Below, piece by piece: positions 27,013 through 38,448 of a stretch of DNA of 64,000 nt (its first letter is position 1; each line of letters begins with the position of its first letter). Origin of the DNA: Utricularia gibba (lineage: Eukaryota; Plantae; Magnoliophyta); NCBI GenBank assembly GCA_002189035.1, contig NEEC01000015.1, positions 1,860,001-1,924,000 on the forward strand. The letters are read 5' to 3'. A model generated the notes under the pieces. The model saw only the letters and a list, made by a program, of their open reading frames with translations. It did not search any database and was not told where the DNA came from. Position numbers and translations under genes: made by a program.

Positions 27013-28972
27013 CTATCCAGCGAGGGTTCTTAACGCCGGCGGCGTAGGGATCGGAAAATCGGCGTCAGTCCATTTCTTTTCGCCCCAATGGCGCAGCATG
27101 CTCCGCCAGTTACAGAACGGATCGATGCACCTTTTTATCCGTTTATCATGGATTGCGATCTTCCAATGTCCGTCGGAGAAATTCTCTTTCTCAGCCTGCA
27201 TTCTATCCCACGCCAACTGCGCCTTCTGCTTCGACGTCAGCAAGCAGAATTCCTGAAGAATCTGTGGCATCGCATCGTGGACTCTCCACCATCTCCTGTG
27301 CGCGGCGTCGCTGGCGAATTCTTGTAAAATTTCCACGTTCCAGTTACAATCGTAGTCTCTGAAACACATCCACGGCTTCGTGCCTAAGTAATGCAGAACG
27401 TAGAGAATCGGAGGTTCTGCGCCGAAGAGACGAGTCTTTTTTTCCCTCATGATTTTGTCGTCGCCGTACCAGAAGTTCTTCAGGAAATTGAGATGTTTCG
27501 GTACTCTGTGCCACCAAGTGAATATCTCGTTCAGATAACCTTGATCTCCACCGTTGTAGGATTCGAATTCGTTGATTTGATTCATCAATAGCTGGAATGT
27601 GCAATTCGACGGTTCAATCACCATCACGCCGGAGTTGAATAGAGTACCGTTGTTCCCGGTGGCGGCTATCTCCGGCATAGCAAAGAGGAAATCAATGTTT
27701 CGGAGGATAAGCAGATCCGCGTCGATGAAGATGATTTTGTCGTAATCGGTCAACTGCCACAACCGGAACTTGCTGTAATTCCACTCGTTGTACGCATCTT
27801 TCTCAGCCTTGGGGTTTCTGATTCTTTCTATGGTTCTCACTTTCCAGCCGGCTAATTGCAGCCCACTCCGGTGATATTCTCCTATCGTTTCATCCACGAG
27901 AATCACCAGATCCCGATCGGAGCCCGCCATTCGGATGCTCTGCGCCGCAGCGATGGCCCCGCAGACGTAAACGTGTGCCGAGTGAAGGATGGTGGCGTAT
28001 GCCTCACGCTGCCTATGCAACGAGCCCTGGTGTATATCCGCGTGCGCCACTTCACATGATCCAATCGGTAGCCGTAGTTTCTCCCTCAGAGCGCCCAGTC
28101 GCGGGCGGTACAACCATGCGCTGCCATCTTGTCCCAAGAGATCTCGGCATGTGAACAGGTTAGGTATCGGGAAACATTTCGTAACAAAAAGAATATGCAC
28201 CGGTGGGAATTGGAAATCCCCTGCTGCTAATGCTAAAGCCGCCGCCGCTCTCTGCAGATGCAACCGTGCGACGTCTCTGGACCAATTTCCCTCATTCCGG
28301 CATGGAAGTTTCACGGCAATTAGGTCTAGGCGTTGACTGGGAACCACAATTTCCGGCAGATTCGGGCACTCTGGAACTTCTTGCTCTTGTTCCTCGTCGA
28401 TCCACTCAGGGTACAGCGATTCCCAGGTAATGCTCTCCTCTGCGTAATCTATATGTAGAACAGTGTGATTAGCCCCTGGAATCAGTTCTCTGAATCCCTG
28501 AACCTCGTTCTCTACAAAATTCAGAAGCCCAACTTGCTGAAATTTGAAACTCTCGGGGAGTTTATTCAATGTTGAAGAGACCTCATCCCAGATTATATTC
28601 AAATCCGAAGCATACCCGTGATCCTTCCTGCATAAATCAAATATGAGTTCACTTAATGGAAGAAACAAAGAGAAGAAGGTTATGTACCTGGGAGATTTCT
28701 TGGGAATTATCTTTCTGAGAAAGGGAGGGGAAAGAATGCAGATGAAACACAAGTAGAGCAGAAATAGAACAGGCAACAGAGTTTTGCATCCATTGCTCTT
28801 GCTGGAAACAGAGTGTTTTAATGCCCTATGGAGGTCCTTTATCATCAACCTTTTAACTTTCCTCGCGTATGTTCCATCTCTGCAGATTGTTCTAATCACA
28901 ACAGGATGTAGAGATTGGATGGAGAATGCAAGAAAACAACCGGACTCACGATCGATGCTGTCTCTTGTCCAT
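27013..28972 (-). CDS. GUX: UDP-glucuronate:xylan alpha-glucuronosyltransferase (GT8, GUX1/GUX3-like)
   Basis: Exons 28972-28950 (MDKRQHRS), 28879-28688 (membrane anchor), 28627-27013. REAYATILHSAHVYVCGAIAAAQSIR, YNEWNYSKFRLWQLTDYDKIIFIDADLL (DxD), YNGGDQGYLNE, HYLGTKPW. Confidence 0.92.
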
Positions 28973-29925
28973 GTATGCAGCTCCTTTGCAACTTGATCAA
29001 TGTGCACAGAGCCCTTTTATCAAGCTCACTAATAAATGCAGGGATAAGGTAACCAGCCCCGTGATCGACGATCTTCAAAATCACATTTCAAGATTTGGTG
29101 TTTTTTCTTCCAGAAAAAATGGCTCTGGTGACCCAGAAAAAAAAGGTTCTCTCGTGATCGAGTTTGGTAGTGAAAATATGCTGCGTACTAGAAAAAATAC
29201 CAGGATTGGTTGGGATTAGGTTAGTGACAGCAATAGGTTTTAGTTGAAGCTGCATCGACCAGGCAGATAGAGTTGCGGAGTATTCCGTAGACGTGTTTGG
29301 CAAAAGTTTGTTGCTTGTCTGTCTGCTTCAGCTGCAATAAAGGGAAACATGCGTAACATGTTTCTCAAGGGAAAGGAAGACGAGGGGGTGAGACTGAAAC
29401 ATCGAGATGGATCGTTCAGTCTCACTCATATTTGTGCGCAACCTCCGGGCACTCTACGCACAAGGTAGGTGTCCAATCCAAGTTCAGTTGGAGTTCTTTT
29501 GTGTTCTAAGCAAAGCAGCCATTATTGAGCTTATAAACAAGATGGCCCAAGTAACTGGGCTGACACTGCAACAAGATGTGTTCTGACCCAGCCCAGTTTG
29601 CGCTGAATCTTTCATTAGAGAAGAAAACGAGGAATTATAATATAATAAAAAACAGCACTTGTGATGATCTTATAGTTGTTCTCGCGGCTACCTCATATGG
29701 TGATGGGAACAAGGAATCGGAAGTTGGAATTCTGCGGGTTCTTGTGGCTGCTTTCTCGTCCTCGCATTTGTTGGCAGTGTGATCCCAGTTCAATCAGTAA
29801 GGTTTTCCGACAGATGTCTTTGTGGGTTTAGTTACAATTGTATGTCGGAAATACGATCTTGTAAGTTAGTGTGAAATAGCATCGCATCATACGTGGGCGT
29901 CCGTTTCTCCTTCTGATGTGTGGTT

Positions 29926-31608
29926 ATGGCGTTGACTTACGCGCCACCACCGGGACTGAGAATCTTCTCCGGCTTATTGGGATCGCAGAGGACCATTTTG
30001 TTTCACCAATTTCTGGTTCTTTCCCTCACCTTCATTGCTTATGCTGCTTTCCATGCTTCGCGGAAACCCCCAAGTATTGTTAAATCCAGTCTTACGTCCC
30101 CTGTTAATCACACTGAAACCACCTTGAGTTCTGATCAGAACTTTGGGTGGCCTCCATTTGATGGGCCTAGCGGCCCCCATCGTCTTGGTGAGCTTGATCT
30201 ATCTTTCCTCATGGCTTACGCCGTTGGTATGTACTTCGCAGGCCACATTGGGGATTCCATTGATTTAAGGATTTTCTTGACTATTGGGATGATTGGAAGC
30301 GGCATATTTGTGGTACTTTTTGGGTTGGGGTATTTTCTAGATTTGCATTCTTTTCTTTTCTTTGTTGTTGTACAGATACTATGTGGGTTGTTCCAGTCTA
30401 TTGGTTGGCCTTGTGTGGTTGCGATCGTGGGGAATTGGTTTGGGAAGGCAAAGAGAGGGCTTATCATGGGCGTGTGGAGTTCAAATACTTCAGTTGGCAA
30501 TATCCTTGGGTCTGTGATAGCTTCGTCTATGTTGGGATTTGGTTGGGGCTGGTCTTTTGTCCTACCAGGTGTTCTTATGATGCTTCTTGCTGGGATGGTT
30601 TTCACTTTCCTCGCAGTACATCCTGAAATTGTTGGTTTTGAGTTGCCTGAGAAGAATGTTGAGATGAATGTTGAAGGGGTTCCATTAGTTGATTCCGTGA
30701 CATCAAAAGAGGGAGTCCCGGAGTCCGGGATTGACACTCCGAACGCTATTGGTTTCTTAGACGCATGGAGGCTACCACATGTTGCTACATATGCATTTTG
30801 TTTGTTTTTCTCCAAGCTCGTTGCCTATACCTTCCTGTACTGGCTGCCCTTCTACATTAGGCACACAGGTATTTGCTTGCCACTCTACTTTTGGCTTGAT
30901 GCAGCATGTTTATTTACACTCCATCATCTGAACACAAGTGTGTGTTGCAGCTAGTCTCTGAAACTTTCAACAATATTCCTTCCATTTTGATGCTAAAAAT
31001 TAATTAATCATCAGCGTTTCATTCGGAAAAGAAATGTCTTGAGTCTCATTTTATATTGCGAATGAGTGGCAGGTGTAGCCGGAGTTCATCTGTCTCACCA
31101 AAGAGCTGGGATCCTATCCGTGATATTTGACATAGGAGGCATAGTTGGTGGAATTTCAGCTGGCTACATGTCTGATATCCTAGAAGCTCACGGCGTCACA
31201 TCATTCATATTTTTGTCCCTCTCAATTCCTACTATCATCTTCTACCGGCTCTTTGGATACACTTCTATGCCCGCGAATCTGGTTTTGATGTTCGCATCCG
31301 GTGTCCTTGTGAATGGCCCTTACTCTCTGATAGTAACAGCAGTGTCAGCTGACCTTGGGACGCAGAGCATGAACGCTCGGGCTTTAGCTACCGTGACTGC
31401 TATTATAGATGGCACCGGCTCCGTCGGAGCAGCCGTCGGGCCACTGCTAGCTGGTTACATTTCTACCAGAGGATGGAATAGCGTCTTCCTGATGCTCATT
31501 GTCTCCATATTGATTGCAGCGTGCTTGCTGGTTCGTGTGGTGATAAGAGAAATTCGAGCCAAGATAAACCAGGGAAGATGGCTCTTCTGCACCTCCATCC
31601 TCCGGTAA
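29926..31608 (+). CDS. G3Pp: Glycerol-3-phosphate permease / sugar-phosphate MFS transporter
   Basis: Two exons, 29926-30868 and 31073-31608. [85 protein letters not shown]; many hydrophobic helices. Confidence 0.92.
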
Positions 31609-31845
31609 TAGTTTTGTGATTCACATGCCATTCTGTATTAACATTAGTACTACTTCAAGATGAATGAGTGGAGGATACCCATGAGAAAGTAGTTCAAGTA
31701 GCAGCGAGTCAAAATTTCTGTACAGATAGCATCCAAATCGACCTCAGTACACATTACACATGAGTTATCATCATGGTGGCAACAAAGCTCTACGACAGAT
31801 GGTTCATATGATATATGGCGAGGCCCCTTACATGGTGGTTTTTCA

Positions 31846-33391
31846 TCAGCACAGGTCGCTTCTGCACAGGGGGCAAGAGCCATGCCTCAGCAGCCAAGTA
31901 TCGATGCAAGTTAGATGAAACATGTGGTGGCAATGAGGCAAACGCCTGACGGTTTCTCCAACCAGAAAGTCCTGATCAGGGAAGATGAAAGGAGAGCGTG
32001 ATTGATTTCATATTGGCTGCGCAGAAAGCGGCATGAAAGAGTGCGAAGGGAACAAACAAACTACCTGTAAGCATACTGAACAGCAGGCTTCATCTCCTTT
32101 AGTATCAAAGCTGAAGTCTTTCGTAATGGTGAACTTGGGGATGTTTTCAACGCTGTCTGCGAGCAACCCTTTCGCCCCACCGATGTCGAACAGGTTGTGA
32201 ACTTCGTCGAACTGTGCTTCGACGGCACCCATCTGGATTAACAAAATAAGCGTAGGTGTGAGTGAAGGAAACAATTTGAGGAAAAACGAGTAGCCTGCGA
32301 ATGCATGCCTGGCTTTGCACTGCACTAAGCATCGCAGGGCCGATACGCTCACGAACGAGTCGACCGCTCACAAGGCTACTCAGAACATCAATCTGCACGC
32401 ACAACGTGGATTGACGAGTCACATCATTTCCTTCAAATTTGTCATTTCCAAAACAATATAAACATACACAGTACATAAAAGCTCACCAGATAGAGGAGGC
32501 AGCGCAGCCCTGACTCATCAGACTGCCATAGATGCAGTGAGGATTCAAAGACTTCGATGGAGAAAACAGCACCAGATATGGCGCCCACAGATGCACCTCT
32601 GATAAATCCACTCTCTGTTTCCTGGCCAATCACTGCTCCGGTCATTGCTCCTAAGAAGGTTCCCACTAAACAAGAACAGCATCAATGTTATCCCTTGCAA
32701 AGCTCCAGAAAACAACACAAGTAGATGTTGGAAGCAAGCAACCAAGATCCTAGATTCACCCAAATGAAGCCGCCCAACATGAATGCCACATCAACTATGT
32801 GCAAAACGAGAGTATAAACCAATGACTCAGGTCTCTGCACAGAGGATAATGAACAAGACAAAACTGGACAACATCCAGAAGTACCCAAGTTTTAAAATAT
32901 CATATAGTCGAAGACTTCTAATCAGAATAATCAATCCCTACACACTAACAAGGCTTTCAGAGAAAGTCCAGCTCCTCCGGATCTAGAGTCAGATCCTTGA
33001 TCACACAGAAAAAGCAGGACCGGTGGAGACTCTAACTTTTTAAAACCTTCAATTCTAAAATCCTCCGCATGAAATTAGAAAATCGCTTCATCAGGTTTAG
33101 GACCAAGCTACAGCTGTTGTCTAAGATTCAAAATGAAGACACAGGAATCAGGAAGTAAACGTGAAGCTCAGAACCCACAAAATGTTTCAAATTTGGAGCA
33201 AGACAATCAAAGAGCTCACCAAAAGCAAACACAAAAGTCAAGATCGCGGAGAAAACATTCCCAAGCACAGCAGAAACCGCACACCCGACACCTTCTCTGA
33301 CCCTAATGACAAAAGAACCGGGTGTTGCCAATGGGATCGATGAAGAAGGAGAAGATAAGGAATGCGAAGGGTGTGGATGATGAAACTCCAT
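31846..33391 (-). CDS. NEP1-interacting protein-like RING-H2 E3 ligase
   Basis: Exons 33391-33220, 32665-32487, 32392-32309, 32232-32065, 31971-31846. [36 protein letters not shown]; RING-H2 [36 protein letters not shown]. Intron 3 needs a GC donor. Confidence 0.88.
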
Positions 33392-34292
33392 CAATATTCA
33401 ACAAATCCACAGACGCGAGCTTTTTTTTCCAGACCAGATGATCAAGAAAGGAATCAACAGTCGTCCCATGCCTTTCTCATCCATCTCTACATTTATTACC
33501 ATAATTACTCCAAGGGCCACGTAGTATGTGAGCCAAAAAGCTACCTTCAACCCCCCATTACCTTGTCCGTGTATAAAATATCACGGATTTTCACTCGGGG
33601 GTCTGCCTCGCACCGTTTCCAGTTTGACCTACGGTTCATCCATGTCATTTGGCAGAAGGGGTAACGAACTATACAAATGCAGCAAGTAGCAACTTGGAAC
33701 GGGTCTCCAAGTTAAGGGGCTGTGGCACATACTAGCAGTTGGGAATTATGACAGTAGGACCCAGATGAGTTAATTCAAACGGCGGCTGGGCATGGTAACG
33801 GCATTCAAAGCTTCCCACTCTGCCATCGCTTATCCGGAAATACAAAAAAAAGTTTCCTCTTCAACTCCAACGGAAAAATAAGCTGCTCGCCAAAATCCCA
33901 TAGTTGAACCATCTAAATAACGTGGGTTAATAATGGGAGACTTTATGTTGATTTCAAAGAAGACTCACGTGGTAGTTGAGGCCTCGGTCCATGGAATCCA
34001 GCTCCAGTTACTGTCAATGCACATGGTGGTTAATCGTTTCATTCGGCCCAGCACATGGATTTTCATGGCGGGATCCAGTTATTCTATTCGATAAAAAAAA
34101 AAAAATCAATAACTAACATAACTTCTAACGAGAAGGAGAGAGGGTGAGGTTGAGCGCATGACACTGCAGAATGACTTAGAGACACTCGCCGCTCAATATG
34201 GAAAAGCAATCATCAAAATCCACAGAACATCTTGCAACATAACGCTGGAAACCATCCGGAAACTAATGCCACAGTGAGAGGGCAGGCAAACC

Positions 34293-36256
34293 TCATCTTT
34301 TACCATGACCGTAGCCTCTTTCAAGGCCGCGTCGGGGAGAGTATGACCTATCCCATCTGGACCGCCGGGGGGAGGTGAATATCCCGGAGGGCGTCTGTAT
34401 GGTGAGCGCCCTGTGGACCTTCGGTAACCATATTCCTCGCGTCTTAAGCCTCCGTAGTCCCTACCACCACGATCACCTCTAGAGCCTTTCAACAAGCAAA
34501 TGAGTTGGGCAGTGGGTTGAGGGCCACGGCAGAAAATGGAAGAACAAGGAATCAACTTACCGTTGCTTTTAAAGCCAGCATAATGACCAGGAGTTGGAGG
34601 CCTTCCCCGTTGTCTTCGTGACTAGAAATTTAAGACATTCAAAATGACAAATAACTCAGAAAGCCAAGTAAAATCCAATAAAAGGCTCAATGAAGGAACA
34701 CAAAAAGCTTCCATGCATAACTGTATGGTCTGCAGTATACCGTGATGACAAATGAGAGAAAACAATGCTAGGTGTGGGATACCATAAAAGCCTGATTACA
34801 TGCTGACAAAGACCGTTGATTAATTGAGGGATGAGTATTTGCTGAGGTTGTAAAGGTGTTGAGCAATATAGATGGATGCAATTTAGTTGATCAAATGCAA
34901 TTGCAAAGCTGTTTTAGCTTGTTGCGATCGGGTGAGCTGATCAGCATTGGTTTCTGCCAACATGGCTTGAGACATTATCTTCTGAATATAACCAGAAAAC
35001 CTTCACGTCAACAAAAAAAACTACAACTAAATCCAAATAGGTGTGGACACAAGTTTGACCTGAAACGGCCGCTTACCATCTCAACAGTAATATATCCCCC
35101 TTGCAGCATTGTTTGGTTTAGATGTTTTATACAGTGCTTTGCATCCTCAACAGAGTCCATAGTTATAAAAGCAAAACCACGAGAGGTCCCTGACTGAGGA
35201 TCCACCACTAGGAAAACTGACTTAACCTGTAAATATCAATCAGGAAAATTAAAACAATAATTCGGCATACCCCATTGGCAGGGAGATGCATACTAGCAAA
35301 TAAGTGAACCAGCTACCTTTCCTTCCTTAGAGAAGTGGCCCTCAAGATCCCTCTCTGAGATCCTAGTTGACAAGCCAGCCACATAGAGAGTATTCCCAGG
35401 ATTTATAGCATCAGATCTGGGTAGGAAAGCCATCACAACATGTGGACCGGAAATAACATGCAATATTAAGCTTGAATGTCCAGCAAACCTGCCCCGGCCT
35501 CTTGACAAAGATCTTTCTCCATGTCTTGACCATGATCTCGAACGTGACCTGGATTTGGGCCGAAACCATGAACTAGATTTGGGCCGAGACTGCGATCTAG
35601 ATTTGGAGCGCTCCATTCGAGGTGGAGGGGACCGCTCAGATCTATATGTTTGATAAGACTTAAGAGTAAGGCAAGAGTGGAGAGCTAACTTGACAAAGAA
35701 ATCTTTTATCCAGAAAGAAAGTTGGAAAACATTGAATTTCCACGAGCAATACTAAATAATGTCATATTTAAACCCTAGAATTGTTTAGAAAAACCCAGAA
35801 ACATCATTATAGAAACTGAAATCAAACGCAAATAATTTCAAGTTTGCCTTACATTTTGTATGTGATCGATCAGGTTACACAAACGAAACGTCCCTCAACA
35901 ATAACGTTGAATATCATGCACGGCGCCAACCAAAGAAAGAAACTCATCCCTAAACCATTAAAATTCACCGCAAGCTACGGAATACCACTACAACTGGTGC
36001 AAAATCACGATGAATACTCCGGCCCCAAACAAAACAGTAGATCGCAAGAGGTTGGAAATAGCCTCAATGAAAAACGCTAAGAAAAACGGGAAAACGAAGC
36101 AAGCAACAAGAAAGTGTTACCGTCTGCGAGGTGTGTCAGCCTGCGAAACAGAACAATATTCTCAGTTTTCTTCCAATTGCCTCAAAGACTGAACCACAGA
36201 CAGCCAGGATACAAAGAAATCAAAAAATCTTGTAAACGAAGTCAGTCTCTTACCAT
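34293..36256 (-). CDS. SR45a: SR45a-like serine/arginine-rich RRM splicing factor
   Basis: Exons 36256-36254 (ATG only), 36140-36121, 35641-35489, 35416-35317, 35226-35077, 34621-34561, 34485-34293. RS repeats; RRM NPGNTLYVAGLS..SRGFAFITM; RRQRGRPPTPGHY. The last exon needs +1 at 34367-34372 to read RRSRWDRSYSPRR..*. Confidence 0.82.
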
Positions 36257-36565
36257 TGCGGAATTCAAACGCAAGAACCCTAAACCCGTTCAGCCCCTGC
36301 CTTTTCCCAGAACAACAATTTTTGCAAAACTGCTATAACCGTTTTCGGGGGAAATTGAAATTCCCCCGCTAAAACGGTTTCGGATCGGGCCAAACACTGC
36401 AATAGTAACTGTCATCAGCCCTATTTTCGTCATTACTGCCAGCCCCTCAACCAATAAGAGCCATCCAACGGAGTTGAAGCGGATCAATGACGTGACGGGT
36501 CTGCTCCAATTTCGCCCATTTTCCCTTCAAACAACACCCGGGATACTCGAAGTCGGTAAACGAAG

Positions 36566-37656
36566 ATGGCTGCCACCGGAAAATGCTTTCTCGTCACAGG
36601 ACCTCCGGTATTCGTTTACCTGTGCTTCATTTTCCATCTACATGTGTGGCGAGACTTTTTTGTACGCAGGGTGTTGGAAAAACTACTCTGATAATGCGAG
36701 TGATCGATGCCCTTAAGCAATCCAACCCCAACTTGAAGATTCAGGGGTTCTACACTCGTATGCATTCATAATTGATCTTATCAAACCGATGGGTTTTATT
36801 TTCCATGAGTTAATTTAAGGTTCTGGAGCATCATGATGTTAGTGATTTGTGCAATCGTGTGATTCACAGGTGAGTTAAGAGAAGGTTCAGACAGGGTAGG
36901 TTTTGAAGTGGTTACTCTCAAGGGCCGTACCGCTCTTCTTGCGTCCACTAAAATTTCTGGGTAATTATAAGAGTAGGAACCATATGCCATTGTGTTCTCA
37001 AAATTCAATTTCAGGGTCTACACATTTTCATGCAGAAGTGCTTGAAAAGGTGATAAGATCCATTTTCATGAGATATGAACACCATCTTGTGTTTACATCC
37101 ATCCATATGGCAGTCAAGAATCTCAGAGATGGCCTTGCGTGGGAAGGTACAAAGTAGATGTATCATCATTTGAATCAACAGCCTTGCCTGAGTTGCAGGC
37201 GAGTGAAATATGCAGAATGAATATCTGGAACTTGATTTATCTTCTTGGTTGCAGCTAACTGCTGTACAAATATGGAACAGCTGGTTCTTAGCAACTGTTT
37301 TGTGCACCAGGTTCAAGAAGACACTGACTTGTTCATCATTGATGAAGTGGGTAAAATGGAGCTATTTAGTTCATCATTTTTCCATCGTGTCTTGAAAGTC
37401 CTGGAGTCAGACATCCCTCTTTTGGCATCCATACCCAGTCCCAGATCCGGTTACGACATCCCCGGAGGTATTCAGCAAAACGGTTGAGTTTCCTTGGCAT
37501 CTTTTTCCCAGAGCCAACATATGCATCTCGTGTTTTGCAGTTGCACGATTGAAGAATCATCCTGGAGCTACGATTTTTACACTGAACATTGCTAACAGGG
37601 ATGCCATTAAAGATCAGTTACACTCTCAGTTGGCAACCTTGTTCCAGAGTCACTAG
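36566..37656 (+). CDS. NTPCR/THEP1-like nucleoside-triphosphatase (NTPase_1 family)
   Basis: Exons 36566-36607, 36670-36757, 36870-36960, 37114-37198, 37311-37467, 37541-37656. Walker A VTGPPGVGKTTL, GFYTRELREG..RVGFEVVTL, Walker B LFIIDEVGKMELFS. Intron 4 has the donor CAG|GCGAGT. Confidence 0.88.
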
Positions 37657-37773
37657 GTCTTTGTTATACTTTTGGTGCTGAAAAAGTCTGGTCGTTTCAG
37701 ACGTTAAATGCCCAGCTTAGCCACAGGAAAATTCACTCTGATCCCACAGGTTTTGTGTAATGGAAAATAACAG

Positions 37774-37896
37774 AGCCTCAGACATCCAAGGAAGGAATAA
37801 GCAGCATAAGCTCTCAAGCCCGGCGAAAGGCGAAAGCTTTAGTCGGCCACTGCGAATGTTTTTGAGAAACAAGCCTTTGGATTTATCATCATGGGC
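37774..37896 (-). ncRNA. U14: U14 box C/D snoRNA
   Basis: Minus strand reads gcccATGATGAtaaatccaaaggcttgtttctcaaaaaCATTCGCAGTggccgactaaagctttcgcctttcgccgggcttgagagcttatgctgcttattccTTCCTTGGATGTCTGAggc. It has box C, 18S-antisense domain A, the plant/yeast Y-domain hairpin, domain B, box D and a gcc/ggc terminal stem. Confidence 0.9.
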
Positions 37897-38370
37897 ATGA
37901 AGAGTAAAAGATGAACCAGGCAGATTAAAAAAGGATGGGGTGGGGGTGATTTTATATCAAATTAAAACAGTCACTGAAATCGATCATCCCTCTTCTAATC
38001 GGCGGTCTATGATCTTGAAGACGATGATACAAGAGGAACACTGGAGAGTCAGAAATTTTCCATGCCCGTATGGCCAGCAAAAGATAATTGCAAATGCTGG
38101 AAAAGTGAGGATGAATTGAAAAGATTCAATATGAGGGACTTGCTCATCTCTCGATGCCACTGACTATATGAGTGCAGAAGAGGCAGACGTTGAAAGTCCC
38201 AAAGAACACACACAGCTTCAGATTGAAAAAGTTTCCAATCCTATTCGCAAACAGTTCATTCAAACCACGAAGCCGGAAGCGCGACACGAATGAATCTATG
38301 CAGACAAATCACAATTCTGAAGGAAATACACGGCGGAAGAAGCAAAATCAAGGAAACACATCGGTCGGAG

Positions 38371-38448
38371 TTAGGGTTTCGCGGTGGAGACCCGCTTTTA
38401 TATATAAGGATTTCTACGTTGGGCTTGGGCCTTCAATTCCTAGGCCCA
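38371..38448 (-). promoter_or_regulatory. Site II + TATA + telo-box promoter facing the U14 region
   Basis: Site II TGGGCY-type motifs at 38420, 38426 and 38443; TATATAA at about 38397-38406; telo-box AAACCCTAA at 38379-38371. This combination is typical of plant snoRNA and ribosomal-protein promoters. Confidence 0.7.

Noticed and set aside
27013-29007. 664-aa single-exon GUX ORF from the track
   Set aside because: It starts at a non-ATG codon and reads through two introns; the spliced model from ATG 28972 fits the family better.
29000-29925. Shared phosphate-starvation control (P1BS GNATATNC) of G3Pp and PPCK
   Set aside because: I saw no P1BS in either proximal upstream region by eye; a motif scan would be needed to exclude it.
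38217-38275. C/D snoRNA candidate GCTTC..TGAATGA..CTGAAGC
   Set aside because: Box C is poor or misplaced, the unit is short, and the putative antisense element has a mismatch to the rRNA segment I recalled.
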